Source: Callorhinchus milii (lineage: Eukaryota). Taken from it: DNA of 64,000 bases. The stretch lies in the NCBI RefSeq assembly GCF_018977255.1, contig NW_024704742.1:124188001-124252000 (forward strand). Direction: 5' to 3'. Every line of letters begins with the position of its first letter. Position 1 is the first letter of the stretch. Positions 13,588-25,323 of the stretch are shown here, in pieces. The position numbers and the translations under genes were made by a program. The notes beneath the pieces were generated by a model. It worked only from the letters and a program-made list of their open reading frames with translations, did no database searches and had not been told where the DNA came from.

Positions 13588-15679
13588 AATTACGTTTTAT
13601 AGCGCCTTTCACATCGGGATGATCTGACAATTGATAACAATTGATCTCTGGGGCTTCTTTGGAAATTTATTAGTAATAAATCGTTTACATAGTAGTTTTG
13701 TTTAATAAAAACTTTAAAAGAACCAAATTTGGGTGGAAGACTTTGTTAAATTACGATTAACCTTTCTCTTGAACTTGATTGATCAAGTAAGGGGGAAACG
13801 ACTTTTATGTATAGTTTCTCAAAGTGAACTTTGCCGGTTATCAATGAGCTTAATCAGGCATTGGAATCTTTCTCAGGGCATTTGACTGCAAGTCAAAATA
13901 AGCTGTTCTAATCTTTTATAGATCCATGGCGAGGTCACGCTTAGAACATTGTGTACAGTTCTGGACACTCTACATTCAAAAGGGCATTGTTATTCTATGA
14001 AGAGAAATTGAAAAAGCTGATAATGATTACGTTGGAGAGTTAAAATAATAGCAATAATCCTTGCATTAGATGTTGCGCCTTAACAATAAGTGGCAATGGT
14101 CTCAAATTGTTGTAAACATTTTCCATGAGCATTGTACACAAATGGGCTTATGATCTTGTATGTTCCCCCACCCTCCCTGCTCAATATCTCTGGCATTACC
14201 TCTATTAAAGTGCTCCAAGTTATTATTTTATGTAAAGGGCATGATATAAATTTTGAAGAACCACTTGGTTTCTTGTGCTTATTCTGCTCTGAACCCTCTC
14301 CAATAATAATAACTTCTCTCTCTCTCTCTCTCTTTCTTCATTTTTGAACAGCAGGGCAACATTTGCCCTCCAGGCCTCCAGTGTTTATGGGGCACACACC
14401 AATATAACCAAAGCCTACCTCACCGATTGGCTTGCAGATTTCTTTGGGATTCTAAAATATATTGCGACTACCCTGGTTTCCTTGTAGACATTCTTGACTT
14501 CAGAATTCAATAATGTCTGATTTACGACTATACTTGGATTTTCCGGATGCAAGACCCCATTCCTTCTGTTTCGACACTGCTGACTTTGGCATAGAAAAGC
14601 ATCAAACAATTTCTACCACTTCCTATGGAATTAACTCTTGCAGTTGAGGGTTGCTTGTTGCACTGCAAACTAATGGTCTGGGGTGGGTGGGGGGGGGGGG
14701 GGGAGGGGGGGGTTGGGATGGCGCGAGGCAGAGACTCATTCTCCCATATCTTTTAAAAGTCATGATCATGTACAACAGTGAGGCACCCACGAGCTGACTA
14801 CCAGAGAGCAACGTCTCTTCAATTGTTCACCAACAGGAAATGTACCATTGGCTACAAATTAACGTTCTCTGCATCACTAGTGAATCGCAAGAGGCAGAGG
14901 GGAACATTTTGTTTAAAAATGGCAAAGTTTTTCTTAATGCAACTCCAAACAGTTCCTCCACTCTCAGATCATGCTAACAAATGTAAGCAATTCTGTATTG
15001 GTCTGAAGACAGATTGAGTTGCTCATTGCTTGACATCCAACACCATCCCTATAAAGTGCCCCACATGAATTGCGACGTATAAATACAAGTTGCCGTTATT
15101 ACAGTCGTTATACTGTCACAGAGTTCAGAAATCATCTGGGAGCATATGATTTGTGTGTCAATCAGTGAGACTCTGTGTGCAGACCCCAGAAACTGAGAAA
15201 AGCCAAATAAATCATAGAATTTTGGGAGGTTGGAATTAAAGGGAAATTATTTTCTACCGATTCCAACTATTCCAGTGGAAATAAGCCACAGAAAAAGGAT
15301 AAGGAATTCCATGCCTGGTTTAGACTGCCGGCTGGCAATGATGGTAACCCCATTCTGTCACCTGAAAGCAAAACAATGTGTTTTGGTGGATTTGGGTTCT
15401 TCTAAAAAGAGACTTTTTTAAAAAAATGTTGGTGAGGGGCCCAAATACTTCACTGTCTGCAATTAGGCCAACCTTTTAGCTTTCAAAAGTGAGTGACAAA
15501 TGTGTCTAACTTTAATTCCAGCAATTTTAAGATCGAGAGTCTTAAAAATCATTGTAAAATGAAAAACTAAAAGTTCCAGTTGCCGAGACTGCATTCCTTG
15601 GACTACCTGCTAAGTGTAAAAAATCTGGCCCGTGCAGCCTGATAGTGCACTGTAGTGGATACAACTGCAATTACAGTAT

Positions 15680-16100
15680 AGACCAGAAGCTCACTTGTTT
15701 GGGTTTTGTTCCCTGCTGAGTTTGCTGCTTTTAGCCGGGGTTGCTCCTGGAGGTTATACTGTCATTGGCCTTCTCCGTGTTAGGAAGGTTAAAATTAGAT
15801 GGATTTCCTCCTCATATTCCCTCTTCATCAAATATACAGTAAATTCATTTTACAGTATATTTTGTGAAGCACTTTGAGACATCTCAAAGAACTGATTACG
15901 CGCTATATCAAATGCAAGGATTATTATTATCACCCTCTACTGATAGTGTGCATTCAGCAGCTGAGTCAGGAGAAGGTAGGCTTGGCTGTGATGCCCTCTA
16001 CAGTCAAGTGACCTGACTCTAACTGCTGCCCATGAACAATGATTACTGAGGTGGAAAACCGGATGACCACCAGTGGTGTGGAGCTGACTTCAGCATGAGG
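15680..16100 (+). mobile_element. Ancient LF-SINE-like relic interrupted by a SINE tail (~15830-15930)
   Basis: Motifs tgctgagtttgctg...agccgggg...cattggcct and ggcttggctgtgatgccctctacagtcaa resemble the relic at 10085-10635 and a recalled LF-SINE consensus. Confidence 0.45.
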
Positions 16101-16540
16101 TTGCTGTGGACCATCGCGTTGGGCACCATATGCCAAATGGCTAGACAATTATAAAACAATTAGTAACACTACGTTTTAAAAAAAAGATGGAAAGCTTGCG
16201 GAGGGAACTATTCTCCAGATGTTGGGGGTGTTTCAATTCCATTAATTGCAATTTCTGCCCAGTGTTTAAAGCATTCTTTAATTATTCCTGAGTTACAATC
16301 GCCACCATTTCTCCGAGCTTCCTGCACATGCTCCTGGAGCCCACATCCCACCATCAAGAGGTAATCTGAAGATCACATATTTTTAGCGTATGATTTATAC
16401 AACATCATCACAAACAGAATTGTGTCAGGTCAGACGTTGGTAGATTTACTGATAACCAGAGAATCACCCTGCAATTCTTCAGTGAGAATTTCTTCATCCA
16501 TGTTAAAAGTCCTTAGATGGAGTTCCAATTGCATTCTAAT

Positions 16541-16950
16541 GGCCAACCTTGGCTCATTTGATAGCACTCTTGCCGCAGGCTTAGAGAGTTGTGGGTTCAA
16601 GTCCCATGTGGGACTTTGAGACCATAATCGAAGTTGGGCAATGTTGCATTGTCAGGGGTGCTGTCCTTCAGATCATTCGTCAAACTGTAATCCCATCTTT
16701 CTGTTAATGTGGAAGTCAAGGCATCAATGGCACTATTTGAAAAGAGAAGGGAATTTTTCCGATGCCTGGACAACATTCACCCAGATAAAAATAATTATTC
16801 ACTTTGTGACTGTCTGTGAGACATTGCTGTGTTCAAATTTCTGTGGCTGTTGCATTCACCTATAAATACTTTGTCAATTCACCTAACTATTAACTGTGAA
16901 GCAATTTGAGACATTTCAATAAGCTGTTATATCAAATCAAAAATTATTAT
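16541..16950 (+). mobile_element. Deu-domain tRNA SINE (SacSINE1-like), near full length, old
   Basis: A-box ggctcatttgatagcactc, B-box gggttcaagtccc, Deu-like core gcattgtcaggggtgctgtccttcagat...atggcactatttgaaa, and an L2-type tail. Confidence 0.75.
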
Positions 16951-17249
16951 GAGGAAATTAATTATATTAAAGCAGTTTCCTGTGTTTTTTGATCAGACAG
17001 CTAATGTGGTGGAATGCCTGTAAGGGAATGGAAGGCTGGGTACAGTTATTATTCATTAAGAAATTGTGGTGCTAATTACATAATAGGAAGAAATGTGCAG
17101 GTTTGTTTGTTCCCCATTCTTGTGTTAATCAGCACACGAAATTGGTTAAGAAATTACTTCAAATTTAATCCTATATTTCTATTTAGTTAACATTAGCAAA
17201 ACAAAATAAAAAGGTTTGGGGAGTCACAGTAATGATTGTTTGTGGAGTT

Positions 17250-17577
17250 TGTGGAGTCCTGTAGCTCAGTGGTTAGAGCACTCGCTTTGCAAGTGAGAAA
17301 CCTGAGTTCAATTCCAGGCAGAGGGCGAAACCTTGGGCAAGTTTCCTTACTCCACACGCCTAATAATAATCCCTCCAAAACAAAACAATAATTAAATTGG
17401 TCATTTTCAATCTACGACTGTTTGTGGGACATTGCTGTGCGCAATTGGCTGCTGCGTTCGCCCACAAATATACAGTCAATTCACTTTACAGTGTGTTCTA
17501 TGAAGTGCTTTGGGACGTCCTCCCGACGTGAAAAGCGCTGTATCAAATGCAAGGATTATTATTATTATTATTATTAA
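17250..17577 (+). mobile_element. Young full-length tRNA(Ala)-like SINE with L2-type tail
   Basis: A-box TAGCTCAGTGG, TTTGCAA anticodon-like loop, B-box GAGTTCAATTC, tail gggacgtcctcccgacgtgaaaagcgctgtatcaaatgcaagg(ATT)n. Possible TSD taatga(t)tgtt at 17230 and 17575. Confidence 0.93.
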
Positions 17578-17963
17578 TGATGTTCAAATTGTAGATTGGT
17601 TAAAATTTGGGGAGATTTTTTGAATTTTGAATTATCTATATTGACAATATTGTGTCTTGGTGAGTTCTGTGTTTAATCTTGCCTTACTCATTCTCAGTGC
17701 AACACCATCATGTTATGACAAACTGTCGATGAATGTTCCAGTGAGTAAAACTGTTGTCAATTTAAGTCGGGAGTGGCACTCCTCAGATACCTCCTCCGCA
17801 CACACTCGGCTTACACCGTATTATGACATGGATTAGAGTGTGCATTTCTCTTGCAGCAGAATTTTGCCATAGGAGTATGTATAAAACAACATATTGCATT
17901 GTGACACAGTGTGAAGGGACTGAGAAGCTGACCTGCTAATACCTTTTAAGCAAAGGCTTATTG

Positions 17964-18522
17964 AGAGAGACCTAGGTTCGATTCCCGGTAGGGCGAAACC
18001 TTGTGCAAGTTTCCTAACTCCACACGCCTAATAACTGAGTCCTGTAGCTCAGTGGTTAGAGCACTCGCTTTGCAAGCGAGAGACCTGAGTTCAATTCCAG
18101 GCAGAGCGAAACCTTGGGCAAGTTTCTTTACTCCACACGCCTAATAATAATCCCTCCAAAAACAATAATAAAATTGGTCATTTTCAATCTACGACTGTTT
18201 GTGGGACATTGCTGTGCGCAATTGGCTGCCGCGTTCGCCCACAAATATACAGTCAATTCACTTTACAGTGTGTTCTGTGAAGCGCTTTGGGATGTCCCCC
18301 CGACGTGAAAAGTGCTATATCAAATGCAAGGATTATTATTATTATTATAATAATCCCTCAAAAAAAAATTGGTCATTTCAATCCACGACTGTTTGTGGGA
18401 CTCCGCTGTATGCAATTGGCTGCTGCGTTTCGCCCACAAAAATACAGTCTATTCTGTGAAGCGCTTTGAGACATCGAGTAGACGTGAAAAGCGCTATATC
18501 AAAAGCAGGGATTATTATTATA
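17964..18522 (+). mobile_element. Tandem SINE cluster: partial head, full SINE, then a second body and tail
   Basis: Head fragment at ~17964-18034, full copy at ~18037-18350, repeated body/tail at ~18350-18522. Confidence 0.88.
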
Positions 18523-20501
18523 TATTATTATATTGATCTGAGAAATTACTAGAATCTGTTTTTCACATATTTCTTTAATAGTGTTTCTACTCATACAGAT
18601 TTTCTGATTGCATAGACGTACATAGACTGCATAGATTACATAGACTGTAATACACAGAGTGACAACATAATTATACAAATATATCTATCAAGTAATCATT
18701 AGATTATAAAATCAAGGAAGCCTTTTGGTTTAGGAATAGGAAACCTTGCTATTCAGTCTTATCCCATTACACAAAGTAAGTTTGGCTAAATAAAGGCATT
18801 TTTAAAAAATGCTGTTTTGCAAAAATAAGTAATAACAATCCTTTATTTGATACAACGCCTTTGACCTTCTGATACTCAATGTCCATTTTGATGACGGTAA
18901 CTTCTGAAAGGAGGGGGATTGCCAAAAATCAGAACTGCGTCTCATTCCTTTGAAAATGTTGCTAAGGGCGCCATCTTGTGCTAGCTTCAAATTATTATTA
19001 TTATTTAAAGTTCATGTACTGCATATGTATTTGTATCAGGATTGGGACTCAGCCAATTTGTTGCTTTATAATATAATAATCGTTGTATTTGATATAGTGC
19101 TTATAAAGTTGAACCATCTCAAAGTGCTTTTATTTACAATCTGAAAGGCACTTTATTAAATAAAGGATTGTTATTATTTAAGCAAAACAGCATTTTTTAA
19201 AATACTTTTATTTTGTCTAAACAACCCATACTTTTTGTGCTTCTACAACCTGATTGAGCAGCATTTCATAGAAAGGATCAAATGAATCCATTGAAGAGAA
19301 TATCATTCAGTTTTCCACAATTTATACAGCTCCAAACTAATTAGTTGTCTGGTGTTTGCTCTTAATTAAGCCAACACTCCCCAGTTGAGAGGATAGCTGG
19401 AGGTAAAGATTATACACTATGGGACGTGCAGAAATGCAAGTACACAGAGCCAAAGTATTTTCAAAATGCACTCATGTTTTTCACAACATACTTTAACCCA
19501 ACCAATGCAACAGTGTGTTCCTCTACAGTTGACTTCTCCTTTTAAAAAAACATTGTTTGCTTCATGAACAGTGTGGCGCTCACTTTTTGTCGATCAGTAA
19601 ATGTGAGGTATCAGGTGACACAATATAATAATAATATAATAGGCAAGCGCACAATAAAAATGCCCATTACAAGTTGAATGCTGTTTCTCGAGAATTTACT
19701 TGGCTGATTACTCAATGTTGTCTATCACACACCGATTACTAAACAAAGCAGGTCTTTTGTTACTTGATTATAATAGGCAATCCCAATACAAACTGGGGAT
19801 GAAAATATTGCTATTTTTATTGATTAATGTGACTCTATATCTAAAGTGATACAATGCAGCAAGAAAAAGGTTGGAAGAGACATTCACATTCCGGACACAC
19901 CAATAGTCTCAGGTTCTGTTTTTAACCAGGCATTTAATAGCATATCACATTCTTGTGCTATACATAGAACAGGAGTAATGTGACAGGCCTTTCCCTAGAA
20001 AATAAACATGCATTGAACCTATTGCAAGCCCGTTAACAATAAATGCAATTTCTTACTAATTATTCCAAAGTGCACTCTTATTCGTCAAAATATATTTTAA
20101 CCTAATCAATGCAACTGTATGTTCAGAACTGTACAAATAACCTTTCTACCTCATAGTTACAAGAAAAATGAAAGGAGATTGGGACATGGCTCCTTCTTTT
20201 CAACAGAGCTTACAAAAACACAAAGCCTTAACACAGCCTTAAATTGCATGGAAAATCTAGATTTGTTCAGTATTCTTTACATACCTTTTCTTTATACTTT
20301 ACACTCACTGCACTTAACGCAATCACAATCCTTTTACATAATTGAATGAAGCTATATATTTTCACCAGAACTGATAACACTATCTGTTTCCAGTATTACT
20401 GTATTCACTAAATTCAATAATTTGTGCTAAGCATCTGCAGAAATTCACACAGGAGAGCTATTTTCATGCAATATCAGTATTTCTTTCAGAAGTTCTTTCA
20501 G

Positions 20502-20930
20502 TTAAGCCTTTATCTTCACCACCAGAATGCCATCATGACAGAACACAGCAGAAAGATCCTTTGCCTCCAAACCATCCGATAGTTTATATTGTCTTGTAAA
20601 GCTCCTTGAAATAAAGCCATGCTCATCCATCCTTCGTCTATGCTGAGCTCTAATGAGAAGCCATCCTTCAAAGACCTGAATCATGATGTCTTCGGGGCGG
20701 AACTGCACCACATCCAGCATGATTTCAAACGGTATTTCCTCCTTGTTGGGCTCTGCCAGTTCAGCTGAATCCTCAGACGAAAGTTTGTCCTTTTCCCTGT
20801 GTCGCTGCGCTGGGCCTGGCAGTGCAAACAATGAGTGATCCAGTTTGCATTGCACCAGATCCTGTTCTACTATCTTGTGTTGGTAACGGACAGGAGTATT
20901 AATCCAATGCCTCACAATTCCTTCTTCCAT
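20502..20930 (-). CDS. HSPB3: Heat shock protein beta-3 (small HSP with alpha-crystallin domain), intronless, 142 aa
   Basis: Translation [17 protein letters not shown]...[13 protein letters not shown]...[30 protein letters not shown]...[31 protein letters not shown] aligns with human HSPB3 (MAKIILRHLIEIPVRYQ...). The start is set at Met42 of the 183-aa ORF, which aligns with the human Met1. Confidence 0.96.
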   Translation of the reverse strand: MEEGIVRHWINTPVRYQHKIVEQDLVQCKLDHSLFALPGPAQRHREKDKLSSEDSAELAEPNKEEIPFEIMLDVVQFRPEDIMIQVFEGWLLIRAQHRRRMDEHGFISRSFTRQYKLSDGLEAKDLSAVFCHDGILVVKIKA

Positions 20931-21009
20931 ATTATTGAATGGTACAAATATAAAAGCTTCCCCTTGTAGAGTGTTCCTTTTTGTTTTTGCAATGTCTTGG
21001 ATCAGCCTC

Positions 21010-21080
21010 CAGTTGAGGCAGCTGTTGTTAGTTCTTTGCCAAGGTTTTGTCATTTGAAGTTGTCATTCACCCTCTTATAG
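21010..21080 (-). promoter_or_regulatory. HSPB3 core promoter candidate: TATA-like box plus two E-boxes
   Basis: Minus-strand CTATAAGAG at 21072-21080, ~145 bp above the ATG. E-boxes CAGTTG (21010-15) and CAGCTG (21019-24). This is consistent with a muscle-expressed gene. Confidence 0.5.
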
Positions 21081-21632
21081 AGAGGTATTCTGGGCACTAT
21101 CTCAAGCTGAAGCATTTCTGGACTTGAGAATCTATTTCCCTTTAATGTTTCGGAAAGAATGCAGATAATTCCAAAGATTTGACTTCTGAGGTCACTCCTA
21201 AAGTGGCAATTGTTCAGGTGGAGCTTATTTCTCCTAAGCAGCATAAGAATCTGTCTCTACATATCTCTGTAACGCTACACTGTATAAATCATCACACATT
21301 CCAATTGTATCTGTGTATATTTGTAAAAAGTAGCATTAAGAATAAACTAAAATTAATTTTAAACTGATTTTTGGTTTATGCCAATCAAATGTCAGTTGTT
21401 GAACTATTGCTGGTCTGTGATAAGTTGAGGGTCTGGGTACATCCCACGGCAGCTGGGATGCCTCAATGCTGTAGACTAGGGAGAGGGGAAAATACCAAGT
21501 ATTTGGTATTCACTCTGAAAATATAAGCCTGATTTATGCAATACAACAACAACAACAAGATTCCATTTATAGAATACGTGGAAGCAATATATCATTTTAT
21601 TAGATAAAATATCATAGTGAATCCATAATAGT

Positions 21633-21995
21633 GTCAGTATGATTCAATGGCAGCACTCTTATGTCTGGATCATTGGGTTGTGGGTTTAAGCCCCACATTT
21701 GGGACGTCAGCTCTTAGTCCATGCTGATATTCCAGACCTGTTGAGTGGGAAACATTACATCAGTAGAGATTATGCCTTTTAAATGAATCAGTAAACTGAG
21801 GTATTGTTTATCTATTCAGGTGAATATTAAAGATCCAATGACAGTATTTGAAAAGAAAAGGGTGGAGGGGTTCACCTGGTGTCTCGGTCAACAATGCCCC
21901 AAATAAATTGACCATTCACTTATAACTTTTTTTGGAACTTTGTTATGTGCCAACTGGCTCTTTGATGTGATGGTCAAATGCTAGGATTATTATGT
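21633..21995 (+). mobile_element. Deu-domain tRNA SINE, old
   Basis: ggcagcactctt...ggttgtgggtttaagcccc head and taaactgagg...ttcaggtgaatattaaagatcc core. Confidence 0.65.
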
Positions 21996-22204
21996 TATGT
22001 ATAATTAAGTTTATATTTTTCTGTAGACAGAGTCCTGTGTTTATTTTAGTGTGCATGAAAATACATGAATGGGATACATAAATGATTTATAAGGAGTTTT
22101 TCAATTTTGCAATCTTTTCAACTGCATAACTGACTGACTTCCAGGTCATAAGGTGACACATACATCGGTTCGCTTTGTGGGTAAACACGACAGCCAATTT
22201 TCGA

Positions 22205-22550
22205 GGGGGGAGCGTAGTGGTAAGAGGGTGACTGAAGGCACGGTCGAAGAGGAGGGTCTTAGGCCGAGTCTTGAAGGAGGCAAGGGAGGGAGCAAGGTGG
22301 AGGGATGCAGTTCCAGAGGGTGAGAGCAGAGAGGCTGGGAGCAGAGAGGCTGAAGGCCTGTACGCCAAAGGTGGGGCTGGCAAGGTGGGGAATGTGAAGT
22401 AGGCTGGAGCCCGCTGAGCAGAGGGAGCGGACAGCTCGGTAGGGGGTTAGGAGGTCACAGAGTTAGGGAGAAGCAAGGCCGTGGAGGGCTTTGAAGGTGA
22501 GGATCAGGATCTTGAACTGCATCCTCTGAGTGATGGAAGCCAGTGAAGCC
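22205..22550 (-). mobile_element. L2 LINE 3' fragment
   Basis: Reverse strand encodes LHWLP..RMQFKILILTFKALHGLA and SLASFKTRPKTLLFDRAF. Confidence 0.85.
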
Positions 22551-23304
22551 ATTATCATTTACATCCCTTCACCTGTTTGTCCCCCTTTGAAGTTGAATAC
22601 AGTAGACAGCTGACTTATTTCTCTTATTAAAAAAGTGTAAATGCAAGGATTATTATTCAATTACAAATACAGATCGTATGGAGACTCCGAGATTTTTCTC
22701 AATCCTCATCGATAGCCTCTGCATTTGGTTCAGAAACTTATGCTTCACGCAGATGGGAAGAAGTTACCAAGTCTATAGAAAGCAAAAGCACTAAAATGTG
22801 ATTGCTAAATTACTCTTGGCAATAGGATCAGGTTAAAAAAAGGAAACAAAAATCAACTGCTGCTAAAAAGTAACCAAAAGCAATTGAAAGTGAATTTTAC
22901 CAACATTCATTTTCACTTTCATCCAGTAAGTTTACAGTGAAGATTAGCTACTTATTTTCTGTTTGTTGAGGTCTTGTAATATTGGCTGCTTTACACTTGT
23001 ATCCATATATGTGAGATGTAAATAAACATTTACAAAAAAAAGTTTAATGGCGACCCCTACTGACCAAAATGTTTTTTTTCAGTTTTTATTCTTTTTAACA
23101 TCAGCATCGTTATATTTCATTTTTTTAAAAAAAATAGTAGATGCAAACAATGTATTCAAGTACATCTCTTTCTTTGGACTATGCATATTTGTTTTGTTCC
23201 TCTAACAGTCTTAATTTTAAAGAACTTTCAGTCTTTTTCTTACACTTGAATTTATGAGATGGCTTAGTGAAAGAAATGATCGATCAATTCCATTAGAAAT
23301 GTAG

Positions 23305-23880
23305 TGTCAGCTAGGCTCAGTTGGTTGCACTCTCGCCTCTCGTTTTCAGTTGAAGCCCCACATCGGATTTGTATCGTGCAGAATGACACTCCAAAGCAGT
23401 GCTGGGGATGTACTGCATTGTTGGAGGTATCATCCTTCTGACTCAATGTTAAACCGAGATCCTGACAACAACCACTTACATTTATATAGTGTCCTTCACT
23501 CCAGACGGCATCTCGGAGCACTTAAAACTGTTGACAACATGTTCAAGTGGATGTTGAAGATCCCATGGCATTATTCAAAAAGGGAAGGGAGTTTCTCCTG
23601 GTTTTCTGGCCAAAATAAATTCCCCAAAATAAATTCCCTTCATGGCTGCTTAAGGAATATCAGCTTCCCTGTTTGCATACAAAATACACAGTCATTGCAC
23701 TTTATAGTATATCCTGTGAAGTGTTTTGTTCACAAAATATACAGTCAATTCACTTTACAATATATTCTGTGAAGCATTTTGAGACATCTCAAAGACATTT
23801 AAGGCGCTATATATTATAAGTTTTGAGACATCCTTCCGATGTGAAAGGTATTGTATCAAATGCAAAGATTATTATTATAG
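23305..23880 (+). mobile_element. Deu-domain SINE with a nested inverted L2 tail and stacked SINE tails
   Basis: Head ggctcagttggttgcactctcgcctc. The core is split by an insert at 23471-23531 flanked by TGACAACA direct repeats. Several tail copies follow at 23680-23880. Confidence 0.7.
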
Positions 23881-23989
23881 TTAATCTTTAGGCAGTTGAG
23901 ATGAAAGTAATACTTTATCTCTTACAGCTATAAGTTAAATTGTCACCAGAAACAATCCAAGTGCTGTATTAAGGTTGAGATATTAGCTC

Positions 23990-25323
23990 TATCCCTACTC
24001 CTCTCCTTATCTCCCAGCTCCACCTCCTTGCCCCTCCACTCACAGACATCATAAACCTCTACCTGTCCACTAGAACCGTTCCCACCCCCTTTAAAAGTAG
24101 CCATCATCACTCTTACCTTTAAAAAAAACCCTCCCTGGACCCATTCCTGCTTTCAAAGTACTACCCCATCTCCAACCTCCTTTTCCTCTCCAAGGTCCTG
24201 GAACGAGTCATTGCTTCTCAGCTTCGCTGCTTCCTCTCCCGCCACTCCCTTCACGAACCCCTACAATCAGGTTTCTGTGCCGCCCACAGCACAGAAACAG
24301 CCCTGGTCAAAGTGACAAATAAAATTCTGTCCAACTGAGACCAGGACTCCCTCTGCCTCCTTGTCCTCCTTGATCTCTCTGCTGCCTTCGGCACCGTTGA
24401 CCACACTATCCTCATCCACTGCCTCTCCTCTCACCTCAACTTTCAAAGTTCTGTCCTTGAATGGTTCAGATCATATCTCTCACACCACCTCCACTTCACC
24501 TTCACAAACGGTTTCTCCTCTAGCCCCCACATGTCAGGCACTGACAGCATCACCATCCATGGATGCACAATCCACCGTACTAAACCAGTCCGGAATCTTG
24601 GTGTCTTGTTGGACCCTCAACTATCCTTTCTACCCCACATCTGTGCGATGACCTGCTCTGCCTACTTCCACTCTGCACATCTCCCAGCTCCGTCACTGTC
24701 TCATACCAAAACCCTCATACACGCATTCATAACATTGAGGCTCGACTATGCAAACTCCCTGCTTGTCGTCCTCCCCAACTCCTCCCTCCATAGGCTGCAG
24801 ATCATCCAGAGGTCTGCAGCCCGTGTCCTCTCCCGCACCAGGCACTGTGACAGTATTACTCCCATTCTCGCTCGACTCCACTGGCTTCCCATCAGACAGA
24901 GAATACAGTTCAAGATCCTGGTCCTCACCTTAAAGCCCTCCATGGCCATGCTCCCTCTACTTCTGCGTCCTAACCCATTACCATCCTGTCTGCTGCCTCC
25001 GCTCAGTGGGCTTCTGCCTGCTTCATGTCCCCCGCCTCGCCCACCCCACCATTGGCGGGCCGGCCTTCTGACACTCTGCCCCTACTCTCTGGAACTCCAT
25101 CCCACGGACCCTCTGCCTCACCCACTCCCTTGCCTCCTTCAAGACTCATGCCAAGATCCTCCTCTTCAACCGTGGTTTCGATCACCCTGCTTCCCACCCA
25201 GCCCTCCACCCTCCCTGACCCCAACCCTCAGCTCGGGTAAGAAACACTGACTATCCAGTGCCTTGGGACGTCCTCCCGAAGTGAAAGACGCTATATAATT
25301 GTAATTTTGCTGTTGTTGTTGTA
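23990..25323 (+). mobile_element. L2 LINE, internally deleted (RT start plus 3' end)
   Basis: Motifs PISNLLFLSKVLER, QSGFCAAHSTETALVKVTN, VRNLGVLLDPQLSF and LHWLPIRQRIQFKILVL. Tail gggacgtcctcccgaagtgaaagacgctatataa...(TTG)n. Confidence 0.92.

Noticed and set aside
14345..14620. Possible coding exon after the (CT)n tract and cag acceptor
   Set aside because: All three plus-strand frames stop within ~55 codons, with no recognisable protein similarity or clear donor.
17255..17325. tRNA-Ala(TGC) gene (also at ~8490, ~18040 and ~48160)
   Set aside because: The acceptor stem does not pair properly, and each copy runs directly into a SINE body and tail.
20931..21053. 41-aa N-terminal extension of HSPB3 from the ATG at 21053
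   Set aside because: It has no similarity to HSPB3, and that ATG is only ~20 bp from the TATA-like box, at or before the likely TSS. Met42 aligns with the human start.
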